In this document: positions 1 to 11,192 of the stretch, piece by piece
Layout of the letters: every line of letters starts with the position of its first letter
How positions within the stretch are numbered: position 1 is the stretch's first letter
From: Magallana gigas
Lineage: Eukaryota
DNA length: 64,000 bases
NCBI RefSeq assembly: GCF_963853765.1
Contig: NC_088853.1
Coordinates: forward strand, 66,278,001 to 66,342,000
Direction: 5' to 3'
Program-made: the position numbers and the translations under genes
The notes under the pieces: generated by a model
What the model saw: only the letters and a program-made list of their open reading frames with translations
The model's database searches: none
Told to the model about the DNA's origin: nothing

Positions 1-475
1 CTCCGGCTCATGCACCATGAATCAAACCCTGACTATTATTTAGGCATAGTACATGCACAACTCAACACTATTATATAAATACTAGTCATGGCTTGAAACA
101 TAGTAAACAAGCTGGAAGCGAGTGCATAATTAATGTATTAAACCCTGCCTATTAATTTAGCATAGTACAAACACAACACATCTCTATTGTTATGCTGACT
201 ATTGTATATTGATGTTCGGTGCTTTACGCTATTTATGACGTTTGAACGTTGTCCATTCATTAAAATAATTATCGTAAAAGCAAGTATTTGCTTTTTCAAA
301 TAAATGTATTGATTTAGTTGATTATTTAATCGAGAAACTGCATTACAATAAAAAAAAAACAAGCACGCGTTTAGATTCTTTCCAAAAACGAAAAAAAGAC
401 TCGATTCTCCTTACCGATAACACTTGTTTAGCAGACGAAATCCTATTATGTGTTTTCCTTGTGCATTCCCAAACA

Positions 476-624
476 ATCGTCATTCAAGAAGTTGTTTACC
501 GTGATTCTCATTTACATTTTTGTGAAAAATGATTCATCAATAGCTTGAAATCGTCATTCAAGAAGTTGTTTACCATGATTCTCATTTACATTTTTGTAAA
601 AATGATTTATCAATAGTTTGAAAG
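476..624. repeat. Tandem duplication, ~74-bp unit x2
   Basis: aatcgtcattcaagaagttgtttacc.tgattctcatttacattttt...tcaatag.ttgaa occurs twice back to back. Confidence 0.85.
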
Positions 625-1208
625 TTACTTAGAATTTTTAAACCTTAAAGTTTTCCTTAATGATGTGGTGTAGAAATTACTCATTTTAATTGCTCGATGT
701 AACTTGTATGTATCTACGTTTTGGTTTTTTTAATATATAGAAAAAACGCCCGTTACATCAACGGCTGCAGTTGCGTACATGTAACACGATGTGATATAAA
801 CCGTAGCATCTAATGGTCGATTGCTCAGAAGCCGCTGTGGGAGCTATTACGATATTCGTTGACAACATTTGAGGTGCTAATTTTCGGTATAGAATGATTA
901 CGCTGCATACAACCTTTGAATTTACTTTCAAAAAGTAGATTAATTTTAAATGGAAAAAAGACAAACTCACATACGGTATTACAGTTTGAAATATAATGAC
1001 CAGATATTGCAGATTTAAGAAAAAACAAATCATTATGAAGAAAAAAAAACACACACAAAGAAAATACTCTATGTCGTTTCTATACAACAACCATTTGCGA
1101 GTAAGAAGACGTGCCAAACTCATTATTAAATTCACATTAGATGTCCCTATGATCAACATAAACAGAATAAGACAATTTAATAGATAAAACATCGCTAACA
1201 CATCTTAC

Positions 1209-1436
1209 CCCATGTCTTGTTCTCTGTCCTAAAATATATCACAATGCGATCTAACCGATATATATCTTTCAGATCAACTCGCCAAATTGCTTTAGTATCC
1301 GGTAAAGTTGCTGAACATTGACCACCGCGAAACGTCCGATCAGATTTCCGGTTATCAACTGCCTTCTCTGAACTGGAAGCGCCAGATCGCGTGGAAGACT
1401 GATATGTTGGTTTCCAGAGAGCTAGATTTTCTAGAT
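1209..1436 (-). CDS. Gene A FTP3 N-half exon (tandem acceptors at 1436 and 1430)
   Basis: LENLALWKPTYQSST...KAVDNRKSD...QCSAT...WRVDLKDIYRLDRIVIYFRTENKTW|gtaag. Confidence 0.85.
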
Positions 1437-4400
1437 CTAACGATAAAAACAAAGATGCATTATTGCATTGAACTAGAGTCTCGTGGGAATCGAAGAGCAT
1501 CCGTTCAATATACAAAACTCATAACTTTTAAGAAAAGCATAATAATTTGCCAACAAAAACATGACAATTACTGCAAAAAAACGACTGTATAGGATTATTA
1601 ATCACATATCATGTTTAATATTATTTACATGCATCTAGGATATCAGTTATTGACCCCAATTTTGTTTACAAATCGTTCAGTTCACTTTAACGTTTAAAGT
1701 AGAAAAAATATAGTACAATATTGCATGATTTAGTATAGAAAATAGCTGCATGTCTTTTACTTGGGACTCGTTTATAAACTGTTTGAAATAAATTGACCAA
1801 TCCTAAAAGATCTTACAATTTTTGCAGCTAGAGAAGCAAGGGACAGCACAATGCGGACCGTCGAATCCAGGAATTGGACAACCTGGATACAAAAAAAGGA
1901 AGGCAAAGTATCGCTAGTTTTGTATATAGAAACACACATTTGTGCGAAAAGGCTATAAATATTGTGAATGATGCTACAACAAACAAAAATCCAAACAATA
2001 ATTACCATACACTTCGACTTCACACAGAGCTGACTGGGCGTATTGACTGTAACCAGCTGGATAGCTAATGTCCGGGAGTCTTTCATTGTAATACGAGACA
2101 TATTGACCAATCACAGGGCAGCTTATATCGAATGAGAAAGGTATAGTTGACCTTGTATGGTTTGTGTCTTTGTAGCAGACGACACCCTCATTTTGATTGG
2201 TGGAGTTAGAAACTGTTAATGTAAAGCCCAGAAGAAGTCCTGTATAATTATTTTTCCCATCTGAAATTTTAGAAAAACGTGTCATTCTTACATGTTATTA
2301 TCACTGTTCTTTACGTTGTCAAGATACATTGTTACAATCCAATATAACAGAAAATGAGGATTTAAAAAAAAAAAAAGAATTACTGGCTAATTTATGAAAA
2401 ATAACGACCTGCTTTGTAAGTTCAGCTGAAAGCAATACAAATTAACCAATCAGCCATTTGAAAATTGAGTGATAACTAGAACATGATTGAATGCCCGAAA
2501 TCTACGATTCAATAACACAATGAAGATATTTGGTTAATGGAACTATAGGAATTTATTCCGACTTATAAAATGTTTGCCAAATTCTTATTTATACTCTGAT
2601 ATTATGTAAACGTTGGCAAACATCGTTCAAATTCTTTTTTTATTTAGAGCTAGTGGATTGTTATTAATGACGCTACGTTAATTCGAGTGAACCTGTGGTA
2701 AAAACTTAACAAAAGATGTGAAAAAGAAACATTTAGATTCAGTTGCAAAATTTGAATTGCATTTATCGTAGATTTTGCGTTAGTTAAATGTAAGCAGTAT
2801 TCAAATTTATATTTTTAAGTTATATCTTACATAAGACAAAATAAGCAATAAACTAATCATAACGTATGCATTACAAAAAAGAAGGCGTATATCTTAAATT
2901 TAAATGATGATTATTTGCATATAATTCATTATAAAGTCACAATTTAAAAGAAAAAATAAACGTTTAAAATACCTATCGTATTGTTGCGTGGGGGAATCAT
3001 ATGGTATATATATGAATTTGTTTAACTAACCAAAAACGCGTTAATATCAAAAATAAAATAAAACAAAATGATATCCATATACATGTAGTAAAAATCATAG
3101 TACACAAAAATCACTAACCCCATAAAAATCACTAACCCCATTTGGAAACAGAAGTCAAAGCTTGTAAGGTAAGCCTTTCAATTTTACGCCTTTGCAGGAG
3201 GTCAACTCTCCAGAGAGCGTAGTTTTGATGCTCTGATGTCACAGCGCAATGACCCGAATACAAACTCTGGTCATTCTTTTGACCATCAACAGCAGCCTTA
3301 CTTCCGGTAGTACTAAAAAATGTGGAGGACTGGAATGTCGGTTTATGTAGGGCTAGATTTCCTAGAAAACAATTGTGTAAAGTTATATTAAAATAGCTGT
3401 GGATATATAAGTGTAAAAAGTGAAATGTACACTTTCTATCAGTTGTCTATTTTCTCTAGGTATGAAAGTTAATTATGAAAAAAAAAACAAAACTTAAAGG
3501 ATGTGAGAAATAATCATTTTGAAGAGAAAAAAAAGCTCATTTGATCATGAAAAGTAAAGAAAATTACCCCGATCGTAGAATTTGCACTGTTCACCATAGT
3601 ATCCTGGGTTGCAGGCTCCAATACATTCCCCAGTTTTGGGGTTACAGTATTGACAATTATTTGGACAAGGTTCGTCACAATACGGTCCTTTGAAGCCAAG
3701 TTCGGGGCAGCCTTTTTAGGCAAGAATACAAACAAGATTACTTATATACTAAATAATTGATTAAAGGAATATCAGGTTTAGATTTTGAGATTTTATTAAA
3801 TACTAAAAAAAATTATACGCATCATTCTCCAACTTCGTAAAATGTGTAACAAATATTGTACGCAGTTTAAAGACAAAAATGTTTCACATACAAAACTGTA
3901 ACACAATTATTTTTGCAAATGTTGCATGAGATAATAGAGAAAGTTATATTGTAATGAAAGTAAACTAGACTACTCTCTATGTATATCAACTAACCAAACA
4001 CTTCGACTTCACACAGTTCAATGTATGCTTCCTTTGAATAAGTGGGCTTCTGGGTCAGGTTTCCCTCTCTCGTGTTGTAATATATCACGTACCGGCCCAC
4101 AACTTGACAAGAGATGTTCATGACGCTTTGTATGGAGCTGGCATCATTTTTGGTATCGTGAAAACAGAGGAACCCATCATCTTTGTTTGTTGTATTGGAT
4201 ACGTAAACAGAAAAACCCAGGAATCTGCTCGCATACTTGCTGGATTCTAGATCAATCAATTATAAAATTCTTAACATATTTGCACAAACTTGTGTTTAAG
4301 GTAATGACCCATACCTTATTAATAAAATCAAATACATTATTTATTAAATTTTACCCATTTGGCTGGTCCATCGGTTTTTAAAGCTAGGGCCGTAATTAAA

Positions 4401-6479
4401 AATATAACCGATTGTGGAAAATAGTGGTGTTTTTATTCAAACATTAAGAATATTAGCCTAAGCCTGAAATTTGACTTTCAGAAAATCGGTTTTGACTGAT
4501 ATCTTATGTAAAATGAACAAATGAATTTTACGAAACAATTTATCTTATACCAAACTTGCCTATTTATTAAAAAAACCCAGATAACATTGCTTACAAATGA
4601 AATGATATGATGCAAACGTTCAAAGAGAGTTTTATCTATTGCAATTTTATATGCGTACAGATTTCTCTGAAATGTTGACAGTGCTTGTTTACTTCTAAAG
4701 GCCCTTAATCAACTGTAAATAAAATTACCCAAATATATCCTCGTCTTGATCACAGAGTAAAGTGTATTTTTGGTCAAAATCATTAACATAAAATTTTTGG
4801 AAAAGATTTCCTAAGAATAATACTGTGCAAAAGGTTGTTATTTCATCACCTTTAAAAAGGTTAAGCTTATTGTAAACATAATTTGAACAAATCTTTGATT
4901 TATTTTTATTATTTTAATTGCAACAGAAGTTTTCTTTGGATATCGGTACATCTTTTTAGAAATTACCGCTACTTAGAAAACGCTGTTTACCCGATATGCT
5001 TTCTAGACAAAATCTCTATTCAACATGTTTCCTGGTTTTAAGGATTGTTCTTTTCATAAGCTATAACTCAAATTCTAAAACACACTTCTTCTTGGAAAGG
5101 GGGTTATACTTATTCTCGTTGCTTAACAAAAAGAACAGATATGATATTCTAGTAATTAAGGGTATAGAATGAAGATAGAATTGTTTAAGAATAAGGTCAA
5201 TTTTTTTCCCTCTTTTTGTGTATTTATCTTCCTTATGCACTTGAATCGATCATGGTCAGGATTTATTTTGATGATTTTGAACTTTCAAGAAAAAAGTTTA
5301 AATATTCAACTCAACCTTACAAAATAATGACATTTATACAGAAAAAGGTAATGGTCTATATTTTAAAAACGAGTACCCAATCGTGTCATGTTTGTATTGC
5401 GCTGATCAATAACAATTGATTGCAGTTGTCGAGATTGTTAAAATAAGTGTTTTAAATCAATTTCTAGGTTAGCCTGGTTAAACTAAACCTATTTATCGTT
5501 AGGTCTTCATTAGATTCCTCACGGACAAGACGATATGCCGCCTGAATTACGTCCGACGATGTTTTTGTGATTTATTGATAATTACATTCATTTGAGTGCA
5601 TACGCAATTTTATGTATCTCTTTGATCACCGTACGGGTAAACAATGTTATTAATATCTATATATGATAGGGTACCTTTAAGAGATTCTTTTTAGAACACA
5701 TTTAATACAGAGAGTAATGCTGACCATTCTTAACCACTTAANNNNNNNNNNNNNNNNNNNNNNNNNNNNNNNNNNNNNNNNNNNNNNNNNNNNNNNNNNN
5801 NNNNNNNNNNNNNNNNNNNNNNNNNNNNNNNNNNNNNNNNNNNNNNNNNNNNNNNNNNNNNNNNNNNNNNNNNNNNNNNNNNNNNNNNNNNNNNNNNNNN
5901 NNNNNNNNNNNNNNNNNNNNNNNNNNNNNNNNNNNNNNNNNNTATGTTACTACAATTGATAATAATAACAACAATGTTAACATCAGAAGACTCACTCCAC
6001 GTCTTGCCCTCTGTCCTGTAATATATCACGATATTGTGTATAACTTGAATAGACTGGAGGTCCACCATCCAAGTGGCGCCGTGTGGTGTCCCGTCAGAAA
6101 TAGCACATTGGTTACCGGCCGCCGAACGGCTAGACTTTAGATAATCTACAGCCCTTTCTGGAGGATAGATGCTAATGCTTGGTATCTGCCAGGTTGGCCT
6201 TTTGTAGGCCAGATTATCTCAAATTATAAAAATTAAAAACAATGCATCTTAAAAATAACTATTGCTGTTAAATGTAACAAATCATCTCATATTCAGAAAC
6301 CCAGAAACGTCGGTTAAGACGTAAAACCTTTATATTTTTGCCATTGAGTAATATGTTGAACATTTGACAGCGTTACACGAATGAGTGTGAATGTAAATCA
6401 AATAATACTTACAAATACAATCTGTTAAGGAGATCAATATAAGAGTCAGGAAGAAATAAACATATGTCCGTACACCCAT
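1209..6479 (-). CDS. Gene A: spliced, signal-peptide-bearing tandem F-type-lectin-like (FTP)/EGF mosaic protein, SP-FTP1-EGF-FTP2-halfEGF-FTP3(N-half); 3' end not resolved in window
   Basis: Exons with GT/AG boundaries: 6413-6479, 5996-6217, 3995-4246, 3568-3711, 3137-3361, 2006-2260, 1817-1882, 1209-1430/1436. All joins are phase 1 and give one open frame with FTP motifs (NLA..KP..Q, AVDG, WxVDL, YN.R, LCEVEV) and EGF cysteine spacing. Confidence 0.85.
1817..1882 (-). CDS. Gene A half-EGF linker exon
   Basis: cag|GCPIPGFDGPHCAVPCFSSCKN|gtaaga; 66 nt; read-through hits TAG at 1803-1805. Confidence 0.65.
2006..2260 (-). CDS. Gene A FTP2 C-half exon
   Basis: LLGFTLTVSNSTN...GQYVSYYNERLP...ALCEVEVYG; 255 nt. 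Confidence 0.9.
3137..3361 (-). CDS. Gene A FTP2 N-half exon
   Basis: NLALHKPTFQSST...AAVDGQKND...HCAVT...LWRVDLLQRRKIERL...KW; 225 nt; absent from the ORF track because there is no ATG. Confidence 0.9.
3568..3711 (-). CDS. Gene A EGF-like exon
   Basis: GCPELGFKGPYCDEPCPNNCQYCNPKTGECIGACNPGYYGEQCKFYDR; 144 nt. Confidence 0.9.
3995..4246 (-). CDS. Gene A FTP1 C-half exon
   Basis: SRFLGFSVYVSN...GRYVIYYNTREGNL...ELCEVEVFG; 252 nt. Confidence 0.9.
5742..5942. other. Assembly gap (N run)
   Basis: 201 N. Confidence 0.99.
5996..6217 (-). CDS. Gene A FTP1 N-half exon
   Basis: NLAYKRPTWQ...RAVD...NQCAIS...TWMVDLQSIQVIHNIVIYYRTEGKTW; ag/gtgag; 222 nt. Confidence 0.9.
6413..6479 (-). CDS. Gene A exon 1, signal peptide
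   Basis: MGVRTYVYFFLTLILISLTDCI followed by T|gtaagt donor. Confidence 0.75.
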
Positions 6480-8301
6480 CGTTTCTATAGATTCAAAGAA
6501 CATGAAAACATCATCATTTGTAAATGCTTTTTTTCGTAATGATTATGGATGCAAAATATGTGATGCCAAATAAGCTTTTTGAATACTAATATTGCAATAA
6601 TTAAAGTAATTAATTTCATTGCAAACATCTTGTGTTACAACCTTACATTTATTTCATATTTATGAATATGTTTGTCTTGTTAAGGTGTTATTAAAGTGTT
6701 TAAGTATTATTTTATTTCTACCTCTTCATCTTGAATATCTTTTAGGCGCCAGTATTTAATATCAAACCTCTAATATCCAACATTAAGATTTATATTTCTC
6801 TAACTTATGTAAATCAATGCACTTTTATTTTAAAAAAAAAGAAAACTATTTCTTTTGCAAAAGCCACCTAAAGTCAGGATACTGTTAAATAGTGAAACAA
6901 TGTTTTGTAACTCTTTTGAACTCTAATTTAGCTAACACAAAAAATCAAAGTACTTGGGAGTCATTGTTGATGAGAAATCTCGTATTTTTTTATGTTCTGA
7001 TATTTATTTTATCATTCTGGGGTTTTGGTTACACAATCATCATCATATTTTGTTACAAGATAAATTTCTTAGTTATTTATTATTAGCACGTCCGGTTTGT
7101 TTAATGTTATTTCTTTGTTATATAAACAGAGAGACTGACAGATAAGTGACAAGTTTGGTGTATTTTTAGGTGTATTTAATTAATCACACGGATATTACTT
7201 AATACATATCTCGCACTTGAACGCATTAATACAAATGAAATGTAGCGAAAACGAACAGTGTTTTAGATCAAAAGCAGAAAACAAAAATACAAACCAGAAC
7301 AAGAGCAAACACCAACCTCTTAAAAAAACTAGAGTAACCTAGTCTATGATGTTTTATTTGTATATTGAACATGCATGTCTACATGTATTCACTTACTTCA
7401 AAAGGCATATTTTAAGACTAAATACTATATAAAAAGGTATATTATTCATTATTGTGTTGTTAGGCAAGCTATTCAGTAATATCAACAATATAAACAAACA
7501 AGTATATATGTATATTGTGTTTTTCTGATTTTATTCAAGAATAGTGTATATATTCGCGAGACTCGCCCGGCAAAATTATAATTGAAGCAAAGAAATTGGT
7601 AAAAAAAACTTACAGATGTCCTAATTGTCTCAGATGATTAAAACTGTATCTAAATTTCGAGATAAACCTTAAACAGTTTTTTTTTTAACTTATTGATCGC
7701 TAGCTATAACTGCTTTAAGATACAATGTAAAACATAAACCGGATGAAACAAAATATGGCGATGCTATGTTGGAACAATTATAGAAACATGAATAATGCAC
7801 TACGCTAATGAAAAATGCATGCAAATAATTTCATGCAAACATTGGTTATTTTTTCATATTAATGACACAATGAAATGTGTTCACATGCTTCAATTCTAAC
7901 TTCAATAAACGCAAAATATATTCTTACGCATGAACGTTTTGTTTTATGATAGGTCCGTTTGCCAATGGGTGGATACATGTACATAGTTAAAACATATTTC
8001 ACGTGATGAATGTATGATATGTATCTCTTTATGATCTTTATTTCTGTATCTCCTCAGAATTGTAACATTCATTAAAATTGGCTTTGTGTTTAAATTATTC
8101 AAAACGTTCAAATAAACTTTGTACTTTTAAAACAGATTTGCAATAAATTATAATAGATAGCGTCATGTTAATGTTTCATAAACTTTAAAAACACATTATA
8201 ACAACACAAGCGTTATTTGAAATGTAAACGTCTGGACTGAAAAAAAAAACTTTAAAAAATGTACTTTGAAAACTGAAGTTTGAAAGCACTAACGTTAGTA
8301 G

Positions 8302-8505
8302 TAGTGGAATCATAAGAATTCGCGGTGGCTCAATTTTGGTGGTACTCGTGGGAAACCCCACACAAGAATTTACATCATCGACGAAAACAAACTTAGAGAG
8401 TTTTCTTACTGAAAGTGAAAACCGACGCATCCACGAAATGACATCCCCAAGAATAAAAAAAATGATCCACAAAAATTGGACACCATGAATTTAAAGGATT
8501 CCAGT
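8302..8505 (+). mobile_element. Short MITE-like dispersed repeat (gtggaatcat...gattcca(c)agt termini)
   Basis: Imperfect inverted termini; related copy in opposite orientation at ~32270-32501. Confidence 0.6.
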
Positions 8506-8626
8506 TTTTATCTGAGGACTTAAGTTATATGAGCCGGGATTTATTCAATACGATAATGATGTTAACTTATGTCCTGTTAACTCTGTTCACAATAAGTCCA
8601 TTTATGATGAAGGGGTATAAGCATAC

Positions 8627-8836
8627 ACTGTAAACGTATTGTATTTGGTGCGTACGCTATTTGGCGGAAATTAGTTTTCGAACAAGTTGGCGTGGATTTG
8701 AAAAAGCGTATTCCTGAATATGACTTTTCTTATACATAGATGTATGGTATTTAGCGATGTATTTGATTTAGCGGAGGGCAACATTCCGCCAAAAGCGCTA
8801 AATAGAATACACAGCCAAATGTAGTACGTTTACAGT
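8627..8836. mobile_element. MITE with 12-bp TIR ACTGTAAACGTA
   Basis: actgtaaacgta (8627-8638) and tacgtttacagt (8825-8836). Confidence 0.7.
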
Positions 8837-8930
8837 ACGTTCTTTTTTCCGATTTTCCTAAATGTTACACCATTGGCCGAAAATTATTCATTCCGTCTTT
8901 ACATTTGCAAGAAAGTTCTTCAGGGTTTTG

Positions 8931-9022
8931 TTTTTAGCTCATCTGAGCCAAAGGCTCAAGTGAGCTTTTCTGATTACAATTTGTCCGGTGTCTGTTTTTG
9001 TCGTCGTTGTCGTCGTCGTTGT

Positions 9023-9053
<31 letters not shown>

Positions 9054-10149
9054 AAAAACCTCTGGGCAGATTTTAACCAAATTTGGCACAAAGCACCACT
9101 AGGTAAAGGGGATTCAAGTTTGTCAAATATAAGGACATTCCCTTTTTAAAGGGGAGATTAATTGAGAATTATTGAAAATTTGTTGGTATTTTTCAAAATA
9201 TTTTCTTCTCAGAAACTATTCGGCCCGAAAAGCTTAAACTTGTGTGGAGGCATCCTCAGATAGTGTAGATTTAAGTTGGTTCAAATCGCGGTCCCCGGGG
9301 AAGGGAGGGGCCACAAGAGGGGGATCAAGTTTTACATAGAAATATATAGAGAAACTCTTTAAAAATCTTCTGCTCAAAAACTATCAGGCCAGAAAAGCTG
9401 AAATTAAAATGGTAGTATTTTCAGATAGTGTAGATTCAAGTTTGTTCAAATCATGGTCCCCGGAATTAGGGTGGGGCCACAATAGGGGGATCAAGTTCTA
9501 CATAGAAATATACAGAGAAAATCTTTAAAAATCTTCTCAAAAACTATTAGGCCAGAAAAGCTCAAATTCAAATAGAAGCATCCTCAGGTAGTGTAGTTTA
9601 AATCATGGTCCCTGGGGGTAGGGTGGGGCCACAAATGGGAGGATCAAGTTTTGAAAATCTTCTTCTCAAAATCTATTAGGCCAGGAAAGCTCAAATATGA
9701 GTGGAAGCATCCTCAGATAGTGTAGATTCAAGTGTGTGCAAATCATGGTCCCCGGGGGTAGGGTGGGGCCACAATTAAGGGAGGAATTTTTACATAGAAA
9801 TACATAGAGAAAATCTTTAAATATATTCTGGGAAAGTTTTCGGTCCAGTGTGAAAGCACAGGTTATGCAGATTTAAGTTTGATGACGCCAAGATTCCCTA
9901 GAAAAAAAGTGGGGCCATGAAATGGGGGGGGGTGGTTATAGGAATAGAGAAAAATCTTAGTACAACAACAAAAGGTGTTTGGTATTTATCCAAAAAAAGA
10001 AGTAAATGAAAATCGGCAGATTTTCATTTTTTTTTTAGCAATATCTACCGTACTTAGTTGTCAAGATATTTTGATACTGTAATGTTAATTTGATAAGAAT
10101 TAAGGCAATTGTTGCTCAGGTGAGCGAGGTGGCCCCTGTGCCTCTTGTT
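8931..10149 (+). mobile_element. Non-autonomous Helentron (CvA/HINE-type) with an internal ~166-bp Cg170-like satellite array
   Basis: 5' tttttagctcatctgagc..gctcaagtgagct hairpin, (gtc/gtt)n microsatellite, about 4 monomers (tagtgtag spacing ~166 bp), 3' caggtgagcg..ggcccctgtgcctcttgtt; inserted in T runs. Confidence 0.85.
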
Positions 10150-11192
10150 TGGTTTGTTTTTATTTATTTTTTTGTTCCATTTCTATTTTTCAATTAAGTG
10201 ATTATTTTCGTTTAAAAACTTTAAAAGTGTGCAAGTTTGAGTTTGCGGAAAATTAACAATAAGCTGAAGTTAAAACAGACGCTCGACAAGTATTCATGCA
10301 GGTCAGACTAAAATGTCAGCAACTCGAAACAAGTGCACCGTATCCTTTGCCTCAACTGAAGTCACTTGGTTGTTTGATTTACAGACAAAAGACAGTATCA
10401 TGAGATTGTGTTATACCACGTGATCTACATTTGATGTGCTCATTTAATTCCCATGAAAGATTGATTTTCGGAAATGGACCAATAATAATGGTGTTTTCTA
10501 ACCCATCGCCATTGCTCGGATATAGAAAATACACAAATCATTCCATAAACATCGTATACCATCGCGAATCATAAGTGATCGTATATTTATACAATTTTAA
10601 GGGAATACATTTTATTTGTATGGTATACATGCATGGAAAAGTAATTCATGAAAATAAAAAGACAAAAATGTACGATTGCAACATTCTAAAACATAGCAAC
10701 TGCAATATGTTGAATGATAAATATATATTCAAATACATTGGTCAAATTGTTTAGGTAATTGTTGATCTTTTTTTCTTATTTCAATCCCGAACATTTTCAC
10801 ACTATTACTAAAACTTTTTCAATGTGACCAAGCATGATTATGAAAATCTAATATTAAGAAAGTATTTTAAAGACAAACCTAAGCAGATTCTAGGCCAAAT
10901 TTAAATCAATCTAAAATATAGAATCAAAGCTGATTTTGGACTTTTCTAAACTACAAGTACGATGTCTCAGACGATCTAAACTGGTATATAGATTGCCATG
11001 TGCGCAGCACTTAAGATATATTTAAGAGGAATAATAATAACTTTTGATATATTTAAAAAACAGTAATTTTGAAACATTTGTGCTAAAATCGTGTTTAAAA
11101 CCCCTTAGAACCTGTGTTGCTATTGCTATTTGCAGACAGGCTATATATTCTTTATATCAATCATTTTTTACACATGTTGTACCCAACTTATA

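Noticed and set aside
758-1201. 147-aa minus-strand ORF just after gene A FTP3a, with hydrophobic stretches and a Cys-containing tail
   Set aside because: It runs through AT-rich intron-like sequence, has no FTP or EGF motif, and I could not find splice sites linking it in frame
5717-6068. ORFs spanning the N gaps (also 55527-55754)
   Set aside because: Artefacts of translating N; only the part overlapping exon 5996-6217 is real
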